DNA of 64,000 bases from Lytechinus pictus. Taxonomy: Eukaryota. How positions within the stretch are numbered: the stretch's first letter is position 1; each line of letters starts with the position of its first letter. A program made the translations under genes and the position numbers. Positions 38,759-52,190 of this stretch are shown piece by piece. The stretch lies in NCBI RefSeq assembly GCF_037042905.1, contig NC_087250.1:26910001-26974000 (forward strand), written 5' to 3'. The notes below the pieces were generated by a model that searched no databases, was not told where the DNA came from, and saw nothing but the letters and a program-made list of their open reading frames with translations.

Positions 38759-40112
38759 TGAACGAGCATACCTGTAGCATTAATTGAGCAGAGTGTGGGT
38801 TAAATGATCAGAATATAAAACATGATCTTTCCAATGCTGGTAAAATTATCCCCCATGGTAAAGGATAAAGCAAGGAATAGAGTATAAAACATGGAGACGA
38901 AATTATCTTGAAATCAATCGAGCAGTACACAAGTTAATATTCCAGTTTGTGGTGATAGCGATGATATGCACCCCTTTGATAATACACACAGATGAAGCAA
39001 GGATCAAAACCTTGGGGTGTAACGTATGTATAGAGGCCTACGCACCAACGCTCGGCCTCTACTATTGATTACAACTTAATTAAATTTGCGTACATGTTGA
39101 AGGGGGTTTCACAGGACAGACACTACCAAGAGGCACCTACAGAAATGCCAATGAAGACAGAAGATTGTATCCTGGGGACAGGTTACCAGGAGCGGGGGGG
39201 AGGGGGGGTGTAGAGATACGATTGATTCTTACAATTGATTGTATTTTCTTGTGTGCACACAGTGCACATAGTTTATAAATGTGCCAGCACAAATAAGGCT
39301 TTGCCTTTCTACAAGTACATGTAGTTGCCTCCTAATTTTTTTTCCAATGTTTTCTAGGTTATCAAATGTTGCATCATTTTATGATTCTTCCAGGAAATGT
39401 GCAATATGTTAACTCTGAATGCGTATATTAAAAGCCTTGTATGTTAACTCTGAAAGTACATAAACATTGTTTTTTTATGAGGAATGAAATAAAACCTATC
39501 AAGTGAAATCAAATCAAATCAGTTGACTATAGCCCGATACCATAGCCCTATACAGTGCGTATAAAAAAAAACGGGACAGATTTGAAAAGTCTATAAAATT
39601 TTTGTTTCAAATTATGATGTCTATATTTTGGTGTTAATAGGTGCTACGAAGTCCTATCTTTCAAATGCCATTAAAAAAATAAAGTTTTGTTCATGCTTGA
39701 GCGAACACGGAATGTTTTTGTCTGAGGTTAAAAAGGAGGCTTGCACCAAAATTGCATAAAATGATAACTATGATGATCCGACTTCTTGCTAATCAGCAGA
39801 CTTCCTCTTAACCTTCCTCTTAACACAGAACATAATGGATACAGCAGACAAGCAAAATTTTGGGGTGGCTTCATCCGTTTTCATCACTCCAGACAATGGA
39901 CAAAATAGGCGAACAATGAAATCACAGTGGACGGATAAAAGTGCACAACGGATACTGTTTTCCAATGGATGGCAAGATTCTTTTCCGTTTTACACCTCTC
40001 TGTGTCCATAAGTGCAGTTGGACTAAGCCTTAAGATGTTGCTTTGGGGCGAAAAATTAAAAAATGTGCAGACCAACCATAACTTTCATTTTTCTTGCCTA
40101 GAATACTTGGAA

Positions 40113-40247
40113 GTAGGGGAGATCAGGGTTAGTTGGAATGCGGGGTAAGTTGAAACATTGTAATTTTCTTTAATACCTGTAAAATATATTTTATTACAAT
40201 GTTTCAACTTAATACCCCGCATTCCAACTAACCCCGATCTCCCCTAC
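40113..40247. mobile_element. Small palindromic MITE related to the 14053 family
   Basis: About 55-bp inverted arms GTAGGGGAGATC..GCGGGGTAAGTTGAAACATTG. Confidence 0.75.
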
Positions 40248-40379
40248 TGTGCTACTGTACACTGTATATATAGCAAACGTTCGCTTGACTAAAAACAAAA
40301 GAATAATTTGACTGACTGACCCATTTTTCTTATCTTTGACAGCAAACAACCATAAAAGAATACTACAGTATTATACCTG

Positions 40380-40544
40380 GGGCCTGTTTCATAAAGGACT
40401 TGCAACTGTTGTAACTTTGCCATAATGGCAACTGCCATGGTAACAGGGCTCAGCAGCCAATCAGAATCAAGGTTGCCATGGTAGTTGCCGACTTGCCGTA
40501 ATGGCAAAGTTACAACAGTTGCGAGTCCTTTATGAAACGGGCCC
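40380..40544. mobile_element. Harbinger-like MITE
   Basis: CTG TSD. GGGCCTGTTTCATAAAGGACT ... AGTCCTTTATGAAACGGGCCC. Confidence 0.8.
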
Positions 40545-41270
40545 CTGCACGTGGAAATGGAATTCTGATACACGATGTTAGGTTTTTAACTCTAAAAGTC
40601 TTAATCTAAACTAGTATGTACATGTAAACCAATGTCTGCATTAATTAATTGTTTCCTTATATTTGGTTATGATATATCATACAGTAACATGTATTTTATA
40701 TTACACACTTTTATTTTCTCTTTTCAAACTTCGGAAGGAGAGGTCTGTTGACAGGCATCACACTGTCTTGGTTGGGTATTGGGGGGGCCTAGGCAGTGCT
40801 TGTTTTTATTAGCAACCACGCGCATGCTGAGAAGCCCGTTCAAATTACTGAACCAGGTTGGCCAGAAAATACTATTCAAACAATCAAGAATTTGTGATGA
40901 GCCGCCTTTCACGATCTCATCCAAATTTGCTGAAAGCAGCGCTAATCCATTATGCGTCAAATTTTATAACCACAAAACGACAAATTGATCATAGGCGTAA
41001 ATATTCATATCTGAATGACACGCGCCTCAAAACCCAAGATAACAACAACAACAACAACAACCACACTTCTATAGAACATAAACTTTATTTGTTCTACATA
41101 TTTGTGGAAATTATATTGCAATAACTCATCAAAATCCTTTTTTTTAATAACAATTTCCTACTCTTCCCATTTCGCAACTCTACTTTTTAAAATAATTTTT
41201 GGCAGCAGGATAATAAAAATCTTAAATTGGGTTGACAACTGGCACTCTATAAAGTTGTGAAACCCAGGAA

Positions 41271-42962
41271 GTAACACAAAGCTTAGCAATGATCGAAGAA
41301 CAGTCTTCTACGATTGATTGCGCTGACTACGATGTACAATCAATCGTGAACATCAAGCATAGGATTAATCGACAACCTCTGTGTTACAGGACCGTGAGTT
41401 TTAACTAAAACCATGTAGCTACAATTATACCACAAGGGGGAATGTAACACAAAGCTTAGCAATGATCAAAGAACAGTCTTCTACGATTGATTGCGCTGAC
41501 TACGATGTACAATCAATCGTGAACATCAAGCATAGGATTAATCGACAACCTCTGTGTTACAGGACCGTGAGTTTTAACTAAAACCATGTAGCTACAAGTA
41601 TACCACAAGGGGCATGTAACACAAAGCTTAGCAATGATCGAAGAACAGTCTTCTACGATTGATTGCGCTGACTACGATGTACAATCAATCGTGAACATCG
41701 AGCATAGGATTAATCGACAACCTCTGTGTTACAGGACCGTGAGTTTTAACTAAAACCATGTAGCTACAAGTATACCACAAGGGGGAATGTAACACAAAGC
41801 TTAGCAATGATCAAAGAACAGTCTTCTACGATTGATTGCGCTGACTACGATGTACAATCAATCGTGAACATCGAGCATAGGATTAATCGACAACCTCTGT
41901 GTTACAGGACCGTGAGTTTTAACTAAAACCATGTAGCTACAAGTATACCACAAGGGGGAATGTAACACAAAGCTTAGTGCAATGATCAAAGAACAGTCTT
42001 CTACGATTGATTGCGCTGACTACGATGTACAATCAATCGTGAACATCGAGCATAGGATTAATCGACAACCTCTGTGTTACAGGACCGTGAGTTTTAACTA
42101 AAACCATGTAGCTACAAGTATACCACAAGGGGGAATGTAACACAAAGCTTAGCAATGATCAAAGAACAGTCTTCTACGATTGATTGCGCTGACTACGATG
42201 TACAATCAATCGTGAACATCAAGCATAGGATTAATCGACAACCTCTGTGTTACAGGATTCTTGAGTTTTAACTAAAACCATGTAGCTACAAGTATACCAC
42301 AAGGGGGAATGTAACACAAAGCTTAGCAATGATCAAAGAACAGTCTTCTACGATTGATTGCGCTGACTACGATGTACAATCAATCGTGAACATCGAGCAT
42401 AGGATTAATCGACAACCTCTGTGTTACAGGACCATGAGTTTTAACTAAAACCATGTAGCTACAAGTATACCACAAGGGGGAATGTAACACAAAGCTTAGC
42501 AATGATCAAAGAACAGTCTTCTACGATTGATTGCGCTGACTACGATGTACAATCAATCGTGAACATCGAGCATAGGATTAATCGACAACCTCTGTGTTAC
42601 AGGACCGTGAGTTTTAACTAAAACCATGTAGCTACAAGTATACCACAAGGGGGAATGTAACACAAAGCTTAGCAATGATCGAAGAACAGTCTTCTACGAT
42701 TGATTGCGCTGACTACGATGTACAATCAATCGTGAACATCGAGCATAGGATTAATCGACAACCTCTGTGTTACAGGACCGTGAGTTTTAACTAAAACCAT
42801 GTAGCTACAAGTATACCACAAGGGGGAATGTAACACAAAGCTTAGCAATGATCGAAGAACAGTCTTCTACGATTGATTGCGCTGACTACGATGTACAATC
42901 AATCGTGAACATCGAGCATAGGATTAATCGACAACCTCTGTGTTACAGGACCGTGAGTTTTA
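41271..42962. repeat. 173-bp tandem satellite, 10 units, MITE-derived
   Basis: Unit starts at about 41271, 41444, 41616, 41789, 41962, 42137, 42311, 42484, 42657 and 42830. Each unit contains inverted ends GTAACACA...TGTGTTAC. Confidence 0.97.
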
Positions 42963-43775
42963 AATCAGTCAGGTAGCATGAAGTTGGTTTTGTGCTTGTA
43001 CATTATCAAGACTCCAAAACTTGGTTTTGTACCAATCACCTTCGATGGACCATACATGTAACTGAATACCCGTGACAATTGTCACACTTGTATTAAAGGA
43101 AGGTGTCAAATTTACATGTACTCAGCTTATTTGTAGAAATCACAAGAATAAATCTTGTATTCTTGAAATACCTGACCTTTGACCTTCGATTACCTTTTTT
43201 TAGAAACACCCTGTACAGTTTTAAATCAGTCATACTACATGTAGTTTCGCTATGAAGGTAGCATGAAGACTTGTACAGTATGTAGAAAGTCTACTGCCAG
43301 CTGAAATTTGTGATAGTGATCTAGGACTCTAGGGGGAGAAGCAGGGCATGAAATATTCACAGTCTTGGTGATTAATTTCAAAGAGCAATTATCCTCTGGA
43401 GAAAAGTCTTGGATATACCATGCATTATGAATTCATGAATCTTACTTAAAGGTTTATGCATTCATCTTCTGCATATGTACATGTACTACTGTACATTGTA
43501 GATTGTAAGGATACGGGGAGGGCCACAAGGCTGATATTCTCATACACTGTAGCTTTAAAATTTTTATGTTTTTATTTTTTTAATATCAAGATGTGTGTCC
43601 AGGTCAATTGAAGACTCTGGCATAGACTACTCTTTCTTTTAAACTGAAATGTAACCTACTGTAGACCATTTGATCTGTGGTAAGAGATGAATTAAGGGGG
43701 GGGGGAAACACTTTCTTTGTAAACTAACAAAGTTGCATTTCTGATTTACTTTGAAAATGTAACGGTATGTAAAAA

Positions 43776-44080
43776 GTAATAATAATAATAAACGGCATTT
43801 ACCCAGGGTAGCCACTTCAGTTCCGAAAACTGTTCTCACAGCGGGCACTGCTAATTATTATTAACCGTCTAAGCTACATGTACATGTAGGCTACCGATTC
43901 AGTTGCACACATCTTTTTGAGGAATTATTTTTTGCCGGTACCCATTTACCTCACCTGGGTTGAGTGCAGCACAATGTGGATAAATTTCTTGCTGAAGGAA
44001 ACATGCCACGGCTCGGATTCGAACCTATGCCCCTCTGTTTGAAAGGTGATAGTCAGAACCACTAGACCACGACACGCCCA
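43776..44080 (-). mobile_element. tRNA-derived SINE (minus strand)
   Basis: Reverse-complement head and core of the common SINE, with (AAT)n tail at about 43776. Confidence 0.8.
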
Positions 44081-44107
44081 CATACATGTAAGTGCAGACA
44101 TAAATGT

Positions 44108-44290
44108 GGGGGTGTCATGGTCTAGAGGTTATGACTCTTGTCTTTCAATCTCAGGGACTTGGGTTCGAATCCCAGCCATGGCGTGTTTTCCTTCAGCATA
44201 AAATATACCCACATTGTGCTGCACTCGACCCAGGTGAAGAGAATGAATACCAGGTAGGAAGAAATTCCTTGAATGCTTGAGAGTAGGCAG
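44108..44290 (+). mobile_element. tRNA-derived SINE, 3'-truncated, head-to-head with the previous copy
   Basis: B-box GGTTCGAATCCC and shared core. Confidence 0.8.
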
Positions 44291-45686
44291 CAGGTAGAAA
44301 GTGGATAATTATGCAAAGTGGAGTATACATGTACATGTACATGTATACAAATTGCGCAATGTAAATTAATGTACAACATGTACACCATTATAAGAGATTG
44401 AAAAAAAAAATAACTGAACTATAGGGTAATGCAATCCGCAATTAACAGTGTGTGTTAATAAAGAACCAAGAATTACCAAGACATTTTTGATTTTCTACAT
44501 ATAGCATATTGCTCTTGGGACAATACTTTTTTTTTTTTTTTTTTACTTTAAAGAAATCTTGAGTAGATGTACAGTGTAGAATTACTTTTAAACTTTTTTT
44601 ATACATGTAGTTTAGTATTTTTCAGAACATTAAATTGTAGTCTTTCCTAATATACAGTGCATCTCAAAAAAAAAAAAAAAATACACTTTTGAAATGGCTG
44701 CCAAATAAAAATTATATCACTTTAGGAGAAAGACACAAACATGTACATGGAATGCCAATAAAGTCAACTTTCAAATGACACCAAAAAGTTTGAAAAATAT
44801 TCAAACTTGAGTGAGCACTACCCACTTGTAAATGGTATGAAAATTAGGCTGAGCAAGCATTGGCCTTCCTTTTTCTTTCAGTTTTTGAGAGGTGAGTCCT
44901 TTGGAACTTGAGGGTGTTATGAGAAACTATTGATCGCTCGTGATCAATTGTGGTTGTTTGAGCAAATTTGATGATTATAAAATTGAAATGCAATGCACGA
45001 GTGAACATGAATTGCCATTCTTAGTGCAACATTTTTACTTGATCATGTGGATCTTAGCAATGTGTTCATGGGAGTCAGGAAGATTGGGGATGAGATAGAT
45101 CTACTTAATACACTAAAGTGGGTAAAGTAGGTTAATGGGATTTCAGGGTTAACAGTCTAACATTTTGGTCACCCTACTTACCCCCTCACCCCCCCCCCCC
45201 TCCTGTGATATCAAGAGTGATTGCTAATGCTATTACATACGTACGCATGAACTACAGAGTGGACTGTCAATTAAGTAATTTAAGTTTTGAAAATAATTTT
45301 ATAGGGCATCAACTTTTACAGGTCATTTAATCAAGAATATCAATTAATCAACTCAAGCAATGTAATCAATCAAACACTCAGCTTTTTTTTCAATAAATTA
45401 TTTGATAAATCCATCATAATCAGACAATTTCATTTAATGAAAAAAATAATCCTGACCCATTAATTAACCATTGATCACTTGACAGTTAAGTTTTTAATAC
45501 CATCCAAAAAGTGAGAAAGAGACATCGAGAGGGGGGGGGGGGTGGAGGTGGGGGTGGGGGTGGGGGTACATTGCTTAGTGTGATTTGAAAAAGAACACAA
45601 AGAAGAATGCTCTTTTAACTAAGTTTACCCTATCTCATCCCCTTCCATGCAACAGGTACCTTCACATTACTCTCAAGAATGCAATC

Positions 45687-46089
45687 TTAAAGGTAAATGC
45701 TAGTTTTGGTAACGATATCAAAATGAGTTCGTACAGAATCAAATGAAATGACCACCAAAGTGTCTGTTTGTATAAATAAAACGCATGTGCCAAAGGATTC
45801 TGGAAGAAATTGTGTAATTGCTGAGAAATCAGCAAATAAGCACAGGATTCGGGTAGAGCGTCGGGCCCGACGCTCAAAGCAATAATTATACACTGTCCCA
45901 CGTGCGCTTATCTGTGTTGGGGAAGTTCAGTCTGAACATTTTTCAGCATAGATTTCAAGATTTCACAAAGTTCGGTTTATGTAACTGTACCAGATTTAGA
46001 TCCTCGATGATATACTGACAATTAAGCCTGGTTTTACAGACTTTCTCATGAAATCAGTGTTTACTGCAACTACTGGAATTTCTCTTTAA
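45687..46089. mobile_element. TTAA-flanked MITE
   Basis: TTAAAGGTAAATGCTAGTTTTG ... CAACTACTGGAATTTCTCTTTAA. A decayed relative is at about 19700-19890. Confidence 0.75.
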
Positions 46090-46290
46090 GATCCACATGA
46101 TAAGATTAAAATGCTACATGTACACTCAAATTAAAATTCCCATTACACTCATGCATTTAATTTCAATTACATGTATTAAAGTTCTATAGTTTATTGTGTG
46201 AATTTAAGAAAAGAGAACCGGCTGCTTTAACATTCTGGGAAGGTAAATTGAACCTTGCAATTGATTTTGACTGGAAAGACACATTGCAAT

Positions 46291-47822
46291 TTAAAGGAGA
46301 ATGAAAGCTTTGGAACAAGATAGCTTGTTTCAAAACAGAAAAATCAAAGAAACAGATCAACAAAAGTTTGAGAAAAATCGGACAAATAATGAGAAAGTTA
46401 TGAGCATTTGAATGTTGCGATCACTAATGCTATGGAGATCCTCAAATTGGCAATTAGACAAAGATGTGTCATGTCACTGATGAACAACTCTCCCCATTAC
46501 TTAAAAACATATTTCACTTAAGGACGTTCCACAGTTAAAGTGAAATCCATGTCATTTTCACCAAACTTTGCACATAGATACTTTAGAACCTTAATATTCG
46601 AAATATGCAAAAATTAACATAGGTCCATGTGCTTGATTTTTTGCTATAGAGCTTCAAAGTTCACCCAAATTGATGTTCTTAAGAATTGCGCATTCAAAAG
46701 AATTTGGCATTTTTAGACCGCCCAAGATTACTACAATGAGTTTAAACCTCCATTACTCATTCAAAATACATGAAAAAGTCATCAAATTTCGCAAGAGAGT
46801 TAATAATTGTATCGTTAGAATGGAGAATCTATTAATAGTGCTATTTGTTTGCAATTTTAAGTTTAACAGCACTGTCAGTTCTTAAAAATGGCGTAAAAGA
46901 TAACAAAATCCCAATCTGAAAAATGTAAAATTTCAGTAACAAAATACAAACGTACGATAAATGCTGCACTTTATTCAAAATCCATGTCATTTTCACCAAA
47001 ATTTGCAGAGTTGTAGAGGAAGGTATACCTAAGAGGTAGAAACATTAAAAAATAGGGGTTCATGTGCTTGTTTTTAAACTATCAGCATTTTTATTAGAGC
47101 AAATGTGCTTTTTAAAACACCAAAAATGGGCCGAATGCTTAGTATCTATGTGAAGAAAAAATCAAAACCACTCTACCATTTATTCAAACTCGGGCTAATA
47201 TTCGTGATTCTTGGCAGCACTGCAGAGTACAGTATTTTGAAATTGTAGAGAATATTTTTTTGAATGGTCCATGGAATAATTCAATTTTTTAGCTTCATGA
47301 AATAACGCATCGGATCTGCAGTTAAAGTGCAGAAGACGAGAAAAATCAGCTCATACCCGCAGCTAATTAATACCTGTTCATCCATTGTGACGTCAGCGCG
47401 CAGAGTGTAAACTATGCGCAGATCATAATGCGCACAAATATAACTGTGGAACGTCCTTAAATTGCCTCTTTTATCACATCTATCAGTAGATCATGTGTTC
47501 TTTCTATAGGACGGCATGTAATACAGATTTTTAAAGAATACATCATGGATAAAGAGTTTGTATCACCACAAGATAAAGCAGAAAGAGACATTTTGAGGGT
47601 ATTTTATAGTCCATCAAAGGGAAAGTTGTTCACATGTGACATCACACATCCTTGTCGTATTGCCAATGGGAGGATCTCCATAGCATTAGTGATTGCAATA
47701 TTCAAATGCTCATAACTTTCTTGTTATTTGTCCGATTTTTCTCAAACTTTCTTTGTTCTTGTTCTTTGGTTTTCCTGTTTCGACACAAGCCTACTTATTT
47801 CAAAGGTTTCATTCTCCTTTAA
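46291..47822. mobile_element. MITE family A-related subfamily, split by a family B insertion
   Basis: TTAAAGGAGAATGAAAG ... GTTTCATTCTCCTTTAA. Confidence 0.85.
46518..47460. mobile_element. TTAA-flanked non-autonomous element family B (Kolobok-like), copy 1
   Basis: TTAA|GGACGTTCCACAGTTA ... TAACTGTGGAACGTCC|TTAA. Confidence 0.92.
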
Positions 47823-48268
47823 GTTTAAGACATTGAAAAACAAATAAAGCAACTCAACTTCAAAACTCTTCATAGGATTTTATCATTTAGATACAACTTG
47901 TGGAGGTGGAAAATTGTAATGTTCAGACAACTTTATTTTCTGTAAAACAACAGAATCTTTTGTTCATGTTGTTTTTAATGCCCAAGCGTAAAGCCTTCTG
48001 GAAATGTATTGTATATTTGATTAATTTAATGTTTAAAGAAAAAATTATATTGAACAAAAAATAAAATTATTAAAATTTAGTTGGTTTTGATTTCACACAT
48101 GAAAAAGCAACAGATATATATACAGTCCTTGTGTATGCTCAATATGCAATCTATTTGATGTACGTGATTAATTATTTTCAAGGTAAACCATACTTTCTAT
48201 ACGGCATTTGTTTGAAAGTGAAATTCTTTTAGACGACATCTCAGATGTTGTCTCAAAGACCCTGGATG

Positions 48269-48859
48269 TTAAAGGAGAATGAAACCCTTGAAACCAGCTG
48301 AATCCATATCAAAGAGAAAAATCAAAGAAACATATTGTTGAAAGTTTGAGGAAAATTGAATGAATAATAAGAAAGTTATGAGCATTTGAATATTGAGATC
48401 ACTAATGCCATGTAGTTCCTCCTATTGGCAATGCGACCAAGATCTGTGATGCCACACACGTACAACTCCCTCATTACTCTAGTACTTATTTCACCTATAT
48501 TCTCACTTTTATAGAGTCTATCACAAGGTGAGGTGTTCTCTTTATGAGAGGACAAGTACAGAGGTTTCACAACTTTATATCATTGATGAATTGTTTGTCA
48601 TATGATTAGAATGAGCAAAAAGAGATATTTTGGGGTATATTTTCAGTGTCCAAAAGGGGAGAGTTGTTCATCTGTGACATCATAGATCTTGGTCGCATTG
48701 CCAATGGAGGATCTCCATAGCATTAGTGATCTCGACATTCAAATGCTCATAACTCTTCTATTGCTAGTCCTATTTTACTCAAACTTTTGTTGATCTTATT
48801 CTTTGATTTTTCTGCTTTCACAAAAGCTAACTTGCTCCAAGAGTTTCATTCTCCTTTAA
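48269..48859. mobile_element. MITE family A, copy 3
   Basis: Near-identical to 4502-5091. Confidence 0.9.
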
Positions 48860-49270
48860 TACATGTTGGCAATTCAATGAATAAAGAACCTCTGACACAA
48901 GGGGAAAAAATTCAATTATAAGTAGCTCATGAAATTTGCTCAACAAATCAAAACTGATCTCAATTGATCTTTAATTTAGCATTCATTGTTAACTTTCCAA
49001 GTTCCAAAGGACTCGCCTCTCATTAAGCTGGAAGACAAATTCACGCTCAGCCTGGCCATGCCTCCAGTGGTCTCTCAGGTGGGGAGGGGGGGGGGGGAGG
49101 AGGAGGGGGGAGGTGGGGCGTGGCTAAATTCCTGTTGAACTTTATCCTATCAAAATACTTCACCCATTTAAGTCATGTATCCACCTATTTGGCTAAATTC
49201 CTGTTGACCTTTATCCTATATGATCAAAACACTTCACACATTCAAGTCATCTCACCAGTGACCTATTCTC

Positions 49271-50509
49271 CTGGGGCTGATTGCACGAAAGGGTCATTGC
49301 AAGAACCGTCTTTTGTGTCGCCAATTTATTATGATGCGCCAAGTGAAACGCATTTTAAATAAATTTCCTGCAAACATATTTTTTCATCCGTTAAAGTAAA
49401 CCAAATCTTTTGTTTATAATAAAATGATGTGATATATCATGAAATTGTATACAAATTGATTTAAGGACGTTCCACAGTTAAAGTGAAATCCATGTCATTT
49501 TCACCAAACTTTGCACATATATACTTTAGAACCTTAATATTCGAAATATGCAAAAATTGACATAGGTCCATGTGCTTGATTTTTGGCTATAGAGCTTCAA
49601 ATTTCACCCAAATTGATGTTCTTAAGAATTGCGCATTCAAAAGAATTTGCCATTTTTAGACCACCCAAAATTACTACAATGAGTTTAAACCTGAAAAAGT
49701 CATCAAATTTCGCAAGAGAGTTAATAATTGTATCGTTAGAATGGATAACTATTTATAGTGCTAATTGTTTGCAATTTTAAGTTTAACAGCACTGTCAGTT
49801 CTTAAAAATGGCGTAAAAGATAACAAAATCCCAATCTAAAAAATGTAAAATTTCAGTAACAAACTACAAACGTACGATAAATGCTGCACTTTAATCAAAA
49901 TCCATGTCATTTTTACCAAAATTTGCAGAGTTGTAGATGAAGGTATACCTAAGAGGTACAAACATTAAAAAATAGGGGTTCATGTGCTTGTTTTTAAACT
50001 ATAAGCATTTTTATTGGAGCAAATGTGCTTTTTTAAACACCAAAAATGCGCCGAATGCTTTGGATCTATGTGAAGAAAAAATCAAAACCACTCTACCATT
50101 TATCCAAACTCGGGGTAATATTCGTGATTCTTGACAGCACTGCAGAGTAAAGTATTTTGAAATTGTAGAGAATTTTTTTTTGAATGGTCCATTGAATAAT
50201 TCCACTTTTTAGCTTCATAAAATAACGCATCGGATTTGCAGTTAGAGTGCAGAAGATGAGAAAAATCAGCTCATACCCGCAGCTAATTAATCACCTGTTC
50301 ATCCATTGTGACGTCAGCGCGCAGAGTGTAAACTATGCGCAGATCATAATGCGCATAAACATAACTGTGGAACGTCCTTAAATGCTAACTAACAAATTTT
50401 TATTTGTTTATCATACATTTCAGAAATATCCCGCATACAGCTTATCATAAAAGATGGGCGACACGAAAGATGGTCCTTGGAAAGACCGGTTTCGTGCAAT
50501 CGGCCCCAG
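49271..50509. mobile_element. Harbinger-like MITE hosting family B copy 2
   Basis: CTG|GGGCTGATTGCACGAAA ... TTTCGTGCAATCGGCCC|CAG. Confidence 0.8.
49461..50381. mobile_element. Family B element, copy 2
   Basis: Same TIRs, TTAA TSD and body as 46518-47460. Confidence 0.92.
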
Positions 50510-51822
50510 ACTTCCACGAACACACTTCTGAAATCCACATGAAAAAGTTAAAAATTCTGTGCACTGAAAATTGCAATTCATGTTCACTCATGCATTAAAT
50601 GTCAATTTAATAACTCATAACATTTCCTTAAACAATTGATGGATCATCAACTATAATCACAACACCTTCATCTTTGCAAGTTGCAAACTTACTTGCCTCT
50701 CAAACACTGAAAGAAATTGAAAGGCTAATTCCAGTCTAGCCTCATTTTCATACCCTTTGTTTTTATATAGTGGGTAGTGCTCACTCAATCATGAATACTT
50801 TTCAAACTTCTTGGCGCCATTTGAAAGTTGACTTAATTGGCTTTACATGTATATTTGAAACTTTCTCCCCAACGTGACATATTTTTTGTTTGGCAGCCAT
50901 TTCAAAAGTATTTTTTTAGACACACAGTAGAACTGGATTTCTAAAGCTAAATTAAAACTTAACATGTACCCATAGGCTTACTCCTTTAAAAAAAATTGCT
51001 TTTAGTACAACTGTAGAAGTGGTAGTACTAAATACTACATGCAGTAGTGCACAATCAATAAAAATAATTACAATTCTACAAACATGTAATGAATGTACTT
51101 CTACTAGAAGTTCTACTAGCAGTAGAAGAACATCAAATAATCAACGTTATTTGTTATCATCATCAGTAACAGCATCATCATATTTATTATCATTATCAGT
51201 GAACTAAAATATCTAGATCATTGTCATGAGTAAATTTAAATGTGACATGTCCGGAAAAGGAAACTCTGAGATGGAGGTCTAAGGAACTGAGTAAAAGGGT
51301 TAAGTACATGGTCTTGGGTACAAAATGACTGTGAGATTAGAGAGAGCTATAAAACACATTTCTCATTGAATATTGCTTCAAAAGTAGGTGTGTCTTACAG
51401 AGATAAAAGGAAGATAAAATTGTTCTCAGAATACCAATTTAGAGAGAGTTTAAGGGTACTTTATTTCTAGATAAAATATTTTATTTTATCTGAGGTAAAA
51501 TGGATCTCAGAATACCACCCCTGCCTAGCCTGGAGGCTTCTGGAGAGTAAAAAATTAAGCCTACGTACAGTTGATAATTTTTTACTCTCCAGATGCCTCC
51601 AGGCTACCCCTGACCTGATGCGGATGGTAGCCTATAATAGCCAGCGGTAGGTCGTTAGCCTTGCCAATGTACCTCGTAACTAGCACTACAAATTTGTGAA
51701 CTTTCATGAATGTGAGTTAAGCCCACTCATCTATGATCTGAGACTGGGTTAACTTAAATAAGCTTTTAAAGTTAAGTGCCTCCTGGCTATGTCTGCTCAG
51801 TAATGAACGCATAACATTAAAC

Positions 51823-52190
51823 CTGCGGCACAGAGGCGCGTGCATGGAGACAGAGGGCAGTGGACGAGGGCAGGGCAGAGCCTAGACAGCTGGCAGCCAT
51901 CTGTTTCAGGGAGTTTTTTATCATTTTCATTTTTTTTAAATTTCTCCTCGTACACAGACGGCTCGCTATCGTGCAGCCACCATTAGGAAAATAACAATGC
52001 AAAATCCCCCCGACGGGGCTCTTCGATTTTTGTCTTTATTTCATAAAAATATATAAAGAACTGTACCAAAATAAGATTATTATTCCATTTTGGCCTGAAA
52101 TGCAACAAAACAAGGAAAAATAAAGTTAAAAGGGGAAAAAACAGTGACTTACTTCGGCTGTCACGTAACTTCACTTCCCTATTTTATCCG
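51823..52190 (-). promoter_or_regulatory. Possible alternative promoter/first exon
   Basis: CpG/GC-richer patch with GGAAGTG (ETS-like), ACGTGAC and AGATGGCTGCC (YY1-like) motifs. Donor-like GAA|GTAAGT at about 52152 and a weak CAG|GTTTAA at 51822. Confidence 0.3.

Larger units (their letters stand above)
44655..50927. mobile_element. Old Tc1/mariner-like long-TIR element(s) hosting a nest of younger MITEs
   Basis: TA|CAGTG start. The arm at 44655-45210 is a diverged inverted copy of 49075-50927 once the inserts are removed, ending in CAG|TA. A further partial inverted arm lies at about 45530-46290. Confidence 0.6.

Noticed and set aside
41271..42962. CRISPR-like appearance of the 173-bp array
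   Set aside because: The whole unit is repeated, including the apparent spacer, so it is a satellite.
21164..44290. tRNA genes at SINE heads (21164, 24827, 30281, 38398, 44108)
   Set aside because: A/B boxes continue into a shared SINE core and (ATT)n tail; cloverleaf stems are degenerate.
34645..48570. Repeated small ORF MKPLYLSSHKENTSPCDRLYK at 34645 and 48376 (and MFLRIAHSKEF at 46670 and 49583)
   Set aside because: Identical only because they lie in copies of the same non-coding MITE families; no transposase motifs.
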